Source: Candidatus Eiseniibacteriota bacterium
GTDB taxonomy: Bacteria > Acidobacteriota > Terriglobia > Acidiferrales > UBA7541
Reading direction: 5' to 3'
Length of the DNA stretch: 64,000 nt
NCBI GenBank assembly: GCA_035607215.1
Contig: DATNCJ010000024.1
Span: forward strand, 234 to 64,233
Every line of letters begins with the position of its first letter. The stretch's first letter is position 1. This document shows, piece by piece, positions 26,517-35,380 of the stretch. A program made the translations under genes and the position numbers. Below the pieces are notes generated by a model. It worked only from the letters and a program-made list of their open reading frames with translations, made no database searches and had not been told where the DNA came from.

Positions 26517-26972
26517 TTGGACACCTTGGATAGAAAGGCGTTGCACCTCCTGATGCGCCAGGGCCGCGCCACCTGGGCCGAGCTCGGCCAGCTACTCGGC
26601 CTCTCCGCCCCTTCCGCGGCCGACCGCGTACGCAAACTTGAAGAAGCCCAAGTCATCACCGGTTACGCCGCGCTGCTCGATCCCACAGCCGTCGGCTACC
26701 CGCTCACCGCCTTCATCTTCATTACCCTCGCCAACTCCCGGAATCGCGCCGCGTTCCTGCGCGCCATCGCAAAAATGGAGCAGGTCTCCGAATGTCACCA
26801 CATCGCCGGCGACGACGACTACCTCCTCAAGGTTCGCTGCCGCACCACTGCCAACCTCGACCAGCTGCTCGCCAAAGAACTAAAAGACAAACTAGGCGTC
26901 GCGCGCAGCCGCACCACCATCGTCCTCGCCACCGCCAAAGAGTCCGTTCAGATTCCCATCGCCGAAGACTGA
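26517..26972 (+). CDS. Lrp/AsnC family transcriptional regulator
   Basis: HTH (LDRKALHLLMRQGRATWAELGQLLGLSAPSAADRVRKLEE) plus a RAM domain. TTG start with AGGAGG upstream. Confidence 0.9.
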   Translation: MDTLDRKALHLLMRQGRATWAELGQLLGLSAPSAADRVRKLEEAQVITGYAALLDPTAVGYPLTAFIFITLANSRNRAAFLRAIAKMEQVSECHHIAGDDDYLLKVRCRTTANLDQLLAKELKDKLGVARSRTTIVLATAKESVQIPIAED

Positions 26973-26981
26973 ATTTTTCCG

Positions 26982-27007
26982 AGTGGCACAGCCATTTCTG
27001 GCTGTGC
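26982..27007. repeat. REP-like hairpin AGTGGCACAGCCATTTCTGGCTGTGC
   Basis: GCACAGCC/GGCTGTGC 8-bp stem. Second copy of the element at 20807-20831. Confidence 0.6.
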
Positions 27008-27020
27008 AAACATAAACAGC

Positions 27021-27491
27021 ATGCCTGCATCCACGCAGAACAATGACCAGCTCTACGCCTCCATGCTGCAAATTGCCATCGACGAAGCCCGCCTGGGTCT
27101 CGCGGAAGGCGGCATCCCCATCGGCGCCGCTCTATTCTCTAGTGACGGCAAACTGCTCGGCCGCGGCCACAATCGCCGCATCCAGGAGAACGATCCCTCG
27201 GTCCACGGCGAAACCGATGCCTTCCGCAAAGCCGGGCGCCAGCGCAGTTATCGCGACAAAATCATGGTCACCACGCTCGCACCATGCTGGTACTGCAGCG
27301 GTCTGGTGCGCCAATTCAACATCGGCACCGTCATCGTCGGCGAGTCCGTCAATTTCGCCGGCGGCCTCGACTGGCTCCGCGAAAATGGTGTCACGGTAGT
27401 CGACCTGCATTCCGCCGAATGCATCCAGCTTCTCGCCGGCTACATCGCCGCAAATCCTTCCGTTTGGCACGAAGACATCGGCGAAGACTGA
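27021..27491 (+). CDS. Cytosine deaminase of the yeast FCY1 (CMP/dCMP deaminase fold) type
   Basis: HGE and PCxxC zinc motifs (VHGETDAF, PCWYCSG). The C-terminus WHEDIGED resembles the Fcy1 end as I recall it. Confidence 0.8.
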   Translation: MPASTQNNDQLYASMLQIAIDEARLGLAEGGIPIGAALFSSDGKLLGRGHNRRIQENDPSVHGETDAFRKAGRQRSYRDKIMVTTLAPCWYCSGLVRQFNIGTVIVGESVNFAGGLDWLRENGVTVVDLHSAECIQLLAGYIAANPSVWHEDIGED

Positions 27492-27554
27492 CGCGCCGCG
27501 CCGGACCCTGATGTAAACTCATTTCTCCGCCCATCGCAAAGTGAAAGAGGCCGC

Positions 27555-29417
27555 GTGTCCGATCCTCACGCCGAATACTCCAAGCGGCTTGCCAATTACG
27601 AGACGCTCGCCGCTTCCAAAAATCGCCTCCACCTCCGCATTGGCAACACCAAACTCGTGGTCATCGCCGCGGGCCTGCTGCTTATCTACCTGTCGCTCGC
27701 AAGACTCCTTCTCTCACCAACCTGGCTGCTCGTTCCCATCGCGCTGTATCTGATCCTTGCTGCCATCCATGAACAGATCCTCCGCTCTCATCATCGCGCG
27801 CAAACCGCTGCCTCCTACTACAAAAAGGGAATCGCTCGCATCGACGATCGCTGGCTCGGCACCGGGCAAACCGGCGACCGCTTTCGCGACGAAAACCACG
27901 TCTACGCCGATGATCTCGATCTCTTCGGACGCGGCAGCCTGTTCGAGCTGCTATCCACCGCACGACTGCCCATGGGCGAAAGTCGCCTTGCGCAATGGCT
28001 GCTTTCGCCGTCGCGCATGCCGGAGATTCTCGAGCGGCAAGCGCTGGTTGTTGAACTTCGCCCTAAAATCGACCTGCATGAAGACATCGCGCTGACCGGC
28101 GAGGATCTCCGGGCGCGTCTCAATCCCGAATCGCTGATCGGCTGGGCCGAAAGCCCGCGCGCGCTGCCTGATAGCGCCATCCGCGCCGTAGCCGTCGCGC
28201 TCGCCGCCGCTTTCATCGCCGCGATCGGTTACTGGTTCTACGCCGAGCAGTACGCACCGCTGCTAGTGGTCCTGATCGTGCAAATCCTCTTCCGCCGCTG
28301 GCTGCTGCGCCGCGCCGAAGTCATCCTCAGCGGAATTTCCTGCAACGCCGAAGGCCTCATCCTGTTCGCGCAAATTCTGCGACGCCTGGAACGCGAACCC
28401 TTTGCCGCTCCACGCTTGCAGAATTTCGCCGCCGAACTCCAGCGTGCCGCTGCCCCGGCATCCCGCGCCATTCGCCAGCTCGCACGCGTGGTCTACTGGA
28501 TCGACGCCCACCACAGCCTGCTCGCCCATATCGCCGAACTTCCGCTGCTCTACACCTTGCAGGTAGCGTTCGCCGCAGAAGCCTGGCGCCATCGCCACGG
28601 CGCGCACATACGCGCATGGATCAACATCGCCGCCGAAATGGAGGCCCTCCTCTCGCTCGCCACCTATTCCTTCGAGCACCCCGCCGATCCGTTTGCCCAA
28701 TTGGTAGAGGATAGTCCGCTCTCCTCTTCCGGTTCTTCGGCACCCGACCCGGCGGGCGCCCGAACCCGCGCCTATTTTTCGGGCGAAGAACTTGGCCATC
28801 CGCTCCTGCCCGCCGCAAAATGCATCCGCAATTCCGTGATCCTCGACAACTCTACCCGCGTCACTTTGATCAGCGGCTCCAACATGTCGGGGAAGAGCAC
28901 GCTGCTCCGCACCGTGGGCATCAACACGGTGTTGGCCATGGCCGGCGCGCCCGTTCGCGCAAAATCTCTCCGGCTCTCGCCACTCACCATCGGCACGCGC
29001 ATTCGCAGCACCGATTCGCTGCAGGAAGGCCGCTCCACGTTTTACACGGAGATCCTGCACATCCGCCGGGTGTTCGATCTGGCCAACTCGCACTCCGCGG
29101 CAAACGGGACGATTGCCACGCCGCCGCTGCTGTTCCTGTTCGATGAACTTCTGGAAGGCACCAACTCGCACGACCGCCGGATCGGCGCGGAAAGCCTTCT
29201 GCGCGGATTGCTGCAGCGTGGCGCCATCGGCATCGTCACCACCCACGACCTCGCGCTGACGGAAATCACCTCGGGGATCGGCCCAGTGCTCCGCAACATG
29301 CACTTCGAAGACCAGGTCGCGAATAACCAGATGCACTTCGACTACAAATTGCGTGATGGCGTGGTCACCAAGTCGAACGCACTAGCGTTGATGCGCATCA
29401 TTGGGCTTGAAACGTAA
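27555..29417 (+). CDS. Membrane-anchored MutS-related ATPase (MutS domain V only)
   Basis: Walker A GSNMSGKSTLLR, Walker B LLFLFDELLEGTNSHDR, and TTHDL. The N-terminal ~400 aa contain hydrophobic helices but no mismatch-binding domain. Confidence 0.8.
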   Translation: MSDPHAEYSKRLANYETLAASKNRLHLRIGNTKLVVIAAGLLLIYLSLARLLLSPTWLLVPIALYLILAAIHEQILRSHHRAQTAASYYKKGIARIDDRWLGTGQTGDRFRDENHVYADDLDLFGRGSLFELLSTARLPMGESRLAQWLLSPSRMPEILERQALVVELRPKIDLHEDIALTGEDLRARLNPESLIGWAESPRALPDSAIRAVAVALAAAFIAAIGYWFYAEQYAPLLVVLIVQILFRRWLLRRAEVILSGISCNAEGLILFAQILRRLEREPFAAPRLQNFAAELQRAAAPASRAIRQLARVVYWIDAHHSLLAHIAELPLLYTLQVAFAAEAWRHRHGAHIRAWINIAAEMEALLSLATYSFEHPADPFAQLVEDSPLSSSGSSAPDPAGARTRAYFSGEELGHPLLPAAKCIRNSVILDNSTRVTLISGSNMSGKSTLLRTVGINTVLAMAGAPVRAKSLRLSPLTIGTRIRSTDSLQEGRSTFYTEILHIRRVFDLANSHSAANGTIATPPLLFLFDELLEGTNSHDRRIGAESLLRGLLQRGAIGIVTTHDLALTEITSGIGPVLRNMHFEDQVANNQMHFDYKLRDGVVTKSNALALMRIIGLET

Positions 29418-29554
29418 CCATGCGCTGTTCGCAGGCAGAGATGCTCACGGCAGGGTGAGCTAACACGGTGCCACAAGGCGCCGACGCGAAAATTGGAAAC
29501 ATACGGCGAGGCAAATCCCCTTGCGCGATTCCTGGTGGCGTATATTCGGAATTC

Positions 29555-30586
29555 ATGGGCTCCGGGAAATCAGGCCGTGTTGTTGGTGCCGTCCTCGCTG
29601 CAACATTCGTGCTGGTGATTTGTGGGGCAGGTGTCGAAGCCGGCGCGCAGACCAGGAAGCGGGCGCCGCAGAAAAAGGCTACTGCTGCGGTCTGGACCAG
29701 GACCGATTGTGGCGGAGATGTTGCAGTGTTCCTGAGCGCCCCCGGGGCCACCCAGGGCGGCCTGCTGCAAACCGAACTTCGCAGCCCGACTCCACTTTCT
29801 GACGTTTCCGGAACCTGGGACGAGAAACCCATCCCCTTCTGGCAGGAAACTCCAAGCGCAACCAGCGCAACCAAGGCCCCATCCAAAGCGCCGGCCGCGT
29901 CAAAATCCAAATCCGCGCCGCAAGATATTCGCCGCGCGCTGCTCGGTATCGATCTCGAAAAGCCCGCAGGAACCTACGACTTCACCGTCAGCGCCAAAAC
30001 CGCGGACGCCACCACCGTCAGCTGCAAAACCCCAATCATGGTGAGAGCCGGAAAATTCGCCACCGAGCGCCTGAGGGTGGCCCCCAATTTCGTGGAGCCC
30101 AATCCCGAACAACTCGCCAAAGCCCAGGAAGACGGCAAAAAACTTCGCGAACTCTATGCCACCGTTACTCCGGAAAGATTGTGGCAGGGAAGATTTCGCA
30201 TCCCCATCGACGGAGCCACAACCGGCAAGAACTTCGGCCGGCGCCGCGTCCTGAATGGCAAGCCAAGTTCGCCGCACACCGGCGTGGACATTCCCGCACT
30301 CACCGGCATTTCGGTCCACGCCAGCCAGCGCGGCCGCGTGGTGCTGGCCGAAGAACTCTACTTCTCCGGCAACACCGTGCTGATCGACCACGGTCTCGGC
30401 GTCTACACCCTCTACGGCCACTTCTCCGAGATCAACGTAAAGCCCGGCGACCTGGTCGAACCAGGCGCGGTAATCGGGAAGGTAGGCGCCACCGGCCGTG
30501 TCACCGGCCCTCACCTACACTGGGGCCTGACCGTAGACCGCGCTCGCGTCAACGCTCTCTCCATCGTCTCTCCCAGCGTTCGCTGA
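29555..30586 (+). CDS. M23 family metallopeptidase, exported
   Basis: HTGVDI...LIDHGLGVYTLYGH...GRVTGPHLHWG motifs and an N-terminal hydrophobic anchor. Confidence 0.88.
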   Translation: MGSGKSGRVVGAVLAATFVLVICGAGVEAGAQTRKRAPQKKATAAVWTRTDCGGDVAVFLSAPGATQGGLLQTELRSPTPLSDVSGTWDEKPIPFWQETPSATSATKAPSKAPAASKSKSAPQDIRRALLGIDLEKPAGTYDFTVSAKTADATTVSCKTPIMVRAGKFATERLRVAPNFVEPNPEQLAKAQEDGKKLRELYATVTPERLWQGRFRIPIDGATTGKNFGRRRVLNGKPSSPHTGVDIPALTGISVHASQRGRVVLAEELYFSGNTVLIDHGLGVYTLYGHFSEINVKPGDLVEPGAVIGKVGATGRVTGPHLHWGLTVDRARVNALSIVSPSVR

Positions 30587-30608
30587 ACTCGTTTCCCTCA
30601 TCGCGCAA

Positions 30609-31038
30609 CTACGATTCGCGCAGATGCAATTCCACACGATCCGTTGTCCAGGTCGCGACGCCACCGCCAAAGAAATCCTGGTCCTCTGTCCAGACGGGGA
30701 AGTTCAACAACAGGGCAGTTGCGACTACCGGCCAATCGTTGGGATCACGCATTCTCATACGGTCCCTGGCGTCTCTCTCGAACTCCTCATAGAGGCTATG
30801 AGTTACGGTTTCTACGATTGGTTCGATTCCGTTGAGTGCAGAAATGCCCAAGTCAGAATCAATCGCGCGCTTGCGCGATATCTGCGGAATGTACAGGCGC
30901 GCTTCGTAGAAACAGGTATCCGGGGTGCAGAAAAATTACGTGGGATTCGTATCGTTGCGAGATCTGTCGTACCCGGCGGGCAAAGACAGCTGGCAATAGA
31001 ATGTTGGCGTCCAGAACCAGCCCTTTGCGTGCGTTCAC
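30609..31038 (-). pseudogene. vapC: PIN-domain (VapC-like) toxin with a single-base frameshift
   Basis: The GTG start overlaps the antitoxin stop (GTGA). The N-part VLDANILL... and C-part ...DPNDWPVVATALLLNFPVWTEDQDF are in different frames. The shift lies at the A5/T5 run 30931-30935, and the length is 430 nt. Confidence 0.7.
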
Positions 31039-31316
31039 TTTTGCCGGGTGGCTCTCCATTGCCTGAAATCTCGCAGAATATCGTCTTCCGACAGCCCGGC
31101 AGATTCGAGCATTTTTTGGAGGCGGGAGGCAGCTTCTCCCAGCGCCGCCCGGTCAGTGTCAGCGCGTTTGCGCCACGCCGGAATGTAATAGCCAACGGTG
31201 TCTCCGTGCCTGGTGATGGCCAGAGGCACATCGGACTCAAGCAGATAGTTGGCAAGTTTTTCGCGAAATTCGCGAATTCCGACCTTCACAGAACCTTTTG
31301 TTCTATGCGAACGCAT
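31035..31316 (-). CDS. Type II antitoxin (Phd/YefM-like)
   Basis: VGIREFREKLANYLLESDVPLAITRHGDTVGYYIPA is a typical prevent-host-death N-domain. It lies directly upstream of the PIN gene. Confidence 0.75.
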   Translation of the reverse strand: MRSHRTKGSVKVGIREFREKLANYLLESDVPLAITRHGDTVGYYIPAWRKRADTDRAALGEAASRLQKMLESAGLSEDDILRDFRQWRATRQK

Positions 31317-31384
31317 GTGTACGCAATATCACACTCTTGACATCACGCGAAGTCGTGACGGCTGGGTTGAAGCGGCGCCTCAAA

Positions 31385-31403
31385 CCGATCCTTCGAGGAT
31401 CGG
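31385..31403. repeat. Palindrome CCGATCCT-TCG-AGGATCGG
   Basis: 8-bp stem located 55 nt downstream of the qor-like gene. It shares the GGATC core with the 19383 element. Confidence 0.35.
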
Positions 31404-31457
31404 GGCAGGAGATCGGGCACCGCACATCCACTCGAAAACCCTCGCGAGACGTGCGAT

Positions 31458-32462
31458 CTAAGGAATGAGCAGCAACCGCCCAGCTACTTGCCGATTCTCA
31501 AACGCCGCATGAGCCTGCGGCGCATCAGCCAGGGAATAGCTGCGATCCACGCGAATCGACACTTTGCCCTCACGCAGCCACGCCGCCAGGCGCGGGATGA
31601 AGCCGGCGTATTCCTTGAACCACGGTAAGCCGTTCGTTCGCGTCAGAAACAGCGAGCCCTTTTCCTGGAGCTTCATCAGATCGAACGGCGGGACGTAGCC
31701 GCTCGACTGGCCGTAGATGACCAGATAGCCTGCTTGCGTCAGGCTGTCGAGGTTTGCGTCAAAGGTATCTTTACCGACGCCGTCGAAGACCACATTTACG
31801 CCGCGGCCTTCCGTGATTCGGCGCACTTCCTTCGCTACATCTGCCTGCCCGTTGGCCAGGTTCGAAACGATGATGACCTCGTCCGCGCCGGCCTCCTTCA
31901 CAAAGGGGGCCTTCTCCGGCGTTGACGTCACGCCGATGACGCGCCCGCCGCGCAGCTTGGCCATCTGGCAAAGCAGCAGTCCGATCCCACCGGCCGCAGC
32001 CTGCACCAGCGCCCAATCTCCAGCCTTCACGGGACACGCAAAGTGCGTAAACGCGTACGCCAGAAATCCCTGATTCATCCCTGCGGCCGCCTGCTCGAGA
32101 GTGATTTCCTCCGGCACGCGAATCAGCCACTTGGCTGGCGCGACCGCGTGCGTTGCATACGAAGCTGCGGCCAACACCACGCGATCACCAGCCTTGACGC
32201 TATCGACGCCTTCCCCAATCGCTTCCACAACCCCCGCACCCTGGCTCCCCATCGTCGCTGGAAACTCCGGCTCGCCCGCGCCAGCCTTCTGATAGAACTT
32301 CTGCCCGACCAGTTCGCCGCGCCGTTTCTGCACATCCAGAAAATTGACACTCGCCGCCGAGACGCGCACCAAAACCTGTCCAGCGCCCGGCACAGGAGTG
32401 GGCAATTCTTCCAGCCGCATCACTTGCGGCCCGCCATATTCATATATGCGGATAGCGCGCAT
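31458..32462 (-). CDS. NADPH:quinone oxidoreductase (zinc-independent MDR family)
   Basis: MDR fold with AAGGIG nucleotide motif. 334 aa. Confidence 0.85.
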   Translation of the reverse strand: MRAIRIYEYGGPQVMRLEELPTPVPGAGQVLVRVSAASVNFLDVQKRRGELVGQKFYQKAGAGEPEFPATMGSQGAGVVEAIGEGVDSVKAGDRVVLAAASYATHAVAPAKWLIRVPEEITLEQAAAGMNQGFLAYAFTHFACPVKAGDWALVQAAAGGIGLLLCQMAKLRGGRVIGVTSTPEKAPFVKEAGADEVIIVSNLANGQADVAKEVRRITEGRGVNVVFDGVGKDTFDANLDSLTQAGYLVIYGQSSGYVPPFDLMKLQEKGSLFLTRTNGLPWFKEYAGFIPRLAAWLREGKVSIRVDRSYSLADAPQAHAAFENRQVAGRLLLIP

Positions 32463-32534
32463 GAGCTAAGACTCCAAGGTTGAGATCACCACGAACATCT
32501 GCCGATAGCGACTCGGATTAAACGGCGCCGCAAC

Positions 32535-33272
32535 TTAACTCTCTTCACGTATCCGACGGTCGCTAAAAATGGCGAAATGCCAGATGACCAGTGCAGCAAA
32601 GTAATACAGTCCCTGAAATTGCCACCAGTACAGAGTCTCCCATCTGGCTCCGGCCAGCCAGGATACGGCCGCGAGCGAATTCAATCCGAAATTCAAGCCT
32701 AGCCCAAGAAGCAACATCCCCTCCGGAACGGGAAGCAGTATCCGATAGCGGCGACAAATTGCCAATGAGGCTGTGATCGCAGCCAGTGCCGTTGGCGCAA
32801 TCCCATTGTTTGCGTAATCAAGAATCATAAGGACCCGATGAGAAAGGCCTGTAGGGATCCCTGTCCGCAGATTCAACAAAGCCATTACAAGCACAATCGC
32901 AATCCAGGCCGCGAGCGCGCCCAGTAGCCTGCGCTTCCAGGTACGCCACGCCAAGCGGGCCTTGGGATAGCCGTCAAAGATTCGCGAGCAGACCTCGGTG
33001 GTTGCAAACACTCCCATAAGGCTTGCAACGACCTCCAGAGTCATTGGAGTCATCGTCGGTGCCCACGAACTGAAGCCGCCAATCGACCCGAAGTGAAGTC
33101 TGACTTGGAGCCACAGCCGCGCGCAGCTAGCAGTAACCAAGCCAGTAACGTAAGCGGCAAATGCCGGCGACCATCGAAAAACTTTTTTCGCGTAAATGAA
33201 GAAGAGAAGGAGCGCTTGCAGCAGAATGCTCGTGTACCACAAGGCCCGTGCGATCTGAGGCCAATAGCGCAT
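32535..33272 (-). CDS. Hypothetical polytopic membrane protein (about 7 TM)
   Basis: 245 aa, alternating hydrophobic helices, lower GC than the flanks. No family recognised. Confidence 0.6.
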   Translation of the reverse strand: MRYWPQIARALWYTSILLQALLLFFIYAKKVFRWSPAFAAYVTGLVTASCARLWLQVRLHFGSIGGFSSWAPTMTPMTLEVVASLMGVFATTEVCSRIFDGYPKARLAWRTWKRRLLGALAAWIAIVLVMALLNLRTGIPTGLSHRVLMILDYANNGIAPTALAAITASLAICRRYRILLPVPEGMLLLGLGLNFGLNSLAAVSWLAGARWETLYWWQFQGLYYFAALVIWHFAIFSDRRIREES

Positions 33273-33632
33273 GCCGAGTGAGGCGAGTGTAGCACTGCAT
33301 TCGCGGGCGGACGCGGAATAGTGCAGTAGTAATAGCGATGCGTGCTACGGACTCCCCGGAGTTGAATCTTGCGGTTCGATATCGACATCCCCTAATAAAG
33401 GCAGTATTGTCAATGACATGCGGGAGGCTGGTTCCTGGGAAGCCCAGGCGAGAGGGCTGGAGCGAGAGGCTCCATTACTTGACGGGGAGTACGACGGTAC
33501 CGTTTTTCTTGGGCCTAAGTTGGTACCGACAAGCCATTGTGCCGTTCGGCGGCGGACGACAAAATGCACGTGTTGTCGAGCGGTTTTGTTCGCCGCAGGT
33601 TGGGGCCATCCGTCAAACCCGGCGCACTGCAA

Positions 33633-33683
33633 GCGAATCTAGCGCGACGCGAATTTTCGAGACGAGCGAATTTCAGACGAGAG
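33633..33683 (+). promoter_or_regulatory. Three direct GCGAAT(Y)T repeats upstream of the PilZ gene
   Basis: GCGAAT at 33633, 33649 and 33666 (spacing 16 and 17 nt). The last two sit within an imperfect 17-nt tandem repeat ending 13 nt before the ATG. Confidence 0.3.
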
Positions 33684-33695
33684 GTATTGTCCCCA

Positions 33696-34088
33696 ATGGC
33701 TATTCTTCACTTTCGATGCAAAGAGCGACGGCGCACCCTTCGGGTTATGCTGACGGTGCCGCTCAAGGTTCGCGGAAAAAACGTGGATGGCGAACCCTTC
33801 ACGGTGAACACCAACTCGCACACGGTGAGCCTGCATGGCGCGTCCATCGAGCTGGAGCCGGGCGTGGCCCTGGGCGACCTTTTGCAGATGGAGAACGAGC
33901 GCACGCGGGAAAAGGTTGAAGGCAAAGTCGTAACTATTCGCCATTCTCGTGATGGCAAGACTTACGTCGGCGTCGAATTTACTGACCAAAACATCAATTT
34001 CTGGCATATGTCGTTTCCGGTTCCCGGCGCGAAGCCGCTGCGGCGCATGGTCAGCGCGCCGGAAAAAGTGCCGGCGATGAGCAGCTAG
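33696..34088 (+). CDS. PilZ domain protein
   Basis: RRRTLRV (RxxxR) and TVSLHG (D/NxSxxG-like) motifs. 130 aa. Confidence 0.75.
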   Translation: MAILHFRCKERRRTLRVMLTVPLKVRGKNVDGEPFTVNTNSHTVSLHGASIELEPGVALGDLLQMENERTREKVEGKVVTIRHSRDGKTYVGVEFTDQNINFWHMSFPVPGAKPLRRMVSAPEKVPAMSS

Positions 34089-34121
34089 CGGCGTTCTTAC
34101 GAAAAAACAGTTTGCGGACAT

Positions 34122-34154
34122 GGGGCGCAGCTTGCTGCGCCCCTACTTTTTATT
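34122..34154 (+). terminator. Intrinsic terminator after the PilZ gene
   Basis: GGGGCGCAGC/GCTGCGCCCC stem followed by TACTTTTTATT. Confidence 0.8.
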
Positions 34155-34236
34155 GCGCCGGTGGGCAGGGCGTAGGAGCCGTCGCGCTTCGCTGCGGCTT
34201 TGACAATTGCGGCCGGGGCAAGCAAAGTGATCGACC

Positions 34237-34716
34237 GTGGGGAAGGCTCCAAAACGAATCGGCCTGATCTCTGACACCCACGGGCTGCTGCGCCCGGAAG
34301 CCGTGACCGCGCTGCGCGGCTCCGAACTCATCATTCACGCCGGCGACGTTGGTGATCCCCAAATACTCGAAGCGCTCAGGGAGCTGGCACCGCTGGTAGC
34401 GGTGCGCGGCAACGTCGATGTCGAAGCCTGGGCGCAAGCGCTGCCGGTAAATGCAATTGCGGATGCCGGCGAGGTGCAAATCTACGTCCTGCACGATGTG
34501 CACGATCTGGATCTGGATCCTGTTACCGCGGGATTTGGCGCGGTCATCAGTGGCCACTCGCATAAATTTGGACGCAGCGAGCGCGCCGGTGTCTTGTACC
34601 TAAATCCGGGCAGCGCTGGGCCGCGAAGATTCAGGCTGCCGGTGACCATCGCCCGGCTGGATTTGAACACAAATCCCTGGGGAGTCGAATTCGTGGACCT
34701 GGGTAAAGTGCCGTGA
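34237..34716 (+). CDS. YfcE/MJ0936-type metallophosphoesterase
   Basis: ISDTHG, HAGDVG and NPGS motifs. GTG start. Confidence 0.85.
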   Translation: MGKAPKRIGLISDTHGLLRPEAVTALRGSELIIHAGDVGDPQILEALRELAPLVAVRGNVDVEAWAQALPVNAIADAGEVQIYVLHDVHDLDLDPVTAGFGAVISGHSHKFGRSERAGVLYLNPGSAGPRRFRLPVTIARLDLNTNPWGVEFVDLGKVP

Positions 34717-34804
34717 GCAGCGGGCTTTCTCGCAGACCGTCGGATCCGAGACCATAGCCACCTTCCATGCATCTCACCACAAGGAGTGGTGGTAGACTGC
34801 GGAC

Positions 34805-35284
34805 ATGAAAAAGACAAAAACCAGCAAGAAGAAACCGAAGGCGAAAGCCAGCGCCCGGAAAACTGTAACGGCCAAGTCCAAGCTCGCAGCAAAGAAAAGG
34901 CCGGCGGCTAAGGCTAAGACATCAGCGAAGAAATCTCTGAAAAAGACCGCACCGGTGGTCACAGCCAAGACTCCGGCAAGAAAGAAGAAGCGCGTGGTGC
35001 CGACAGCGCAGGTCGGTAGCCAAAGCGTCGAAACCATGCAGCTGAGGGTGAAATCACGCGTGGCGCGCGCCGGTGCCGGAGGAGGCGATTTCGGCGGAGC
35101 GTCGGTGGTCGAAGGAGCGAATTCTGAAAGCGCGGACGAATTGCTGGAAGAAGGGCAGACGTTCGAAGCCGGAATCGTGCGCGGTGTAGAACAAGCCGAC
35201 GACAATATCGAGCAGGAAGTGCACACCCACGAAGTGCCGCAAGACGATGTTCCCAATGAATACGACGATAAGGACCGCCCGTAA
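34805..35284 (+). CDS. Histone H1-like Lys/Ala-rich protein with acidic C-terminal domain
   Basis: The N-terminal ~70 aa are KKxPAAKAK-type repeats. The C-terminus is acidic (DELLEEGQTFEAGIVRGVEQADDNIEQEVHTHEVPQDDVPNEYDDKD). Confidence 0.65.
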   Translation: MKKTKTSKKKPKAKASARKTVTAKSKLAAKKRPAAKAKTSAKKSLKKTAPVVTAKTPARKKKRVVPTAQVGSQSVETMQLRVKSRVARAGAGGGDFGGASVVEGANSESADELLEEGQTFEAGIVRGVEQADDNIEQEVHTHEVPQDDVPNEYDDKDRP

Positions 35285-35380
35285 GTCTGAACAATTTCAT
35301 CGCAGTCCGAAAGCGGTTGCCACTCATCCTATCTTTGTGTGAACGCTAGCGGCCGCAAGCGGGGCCGGCGAGAGGTAGCG

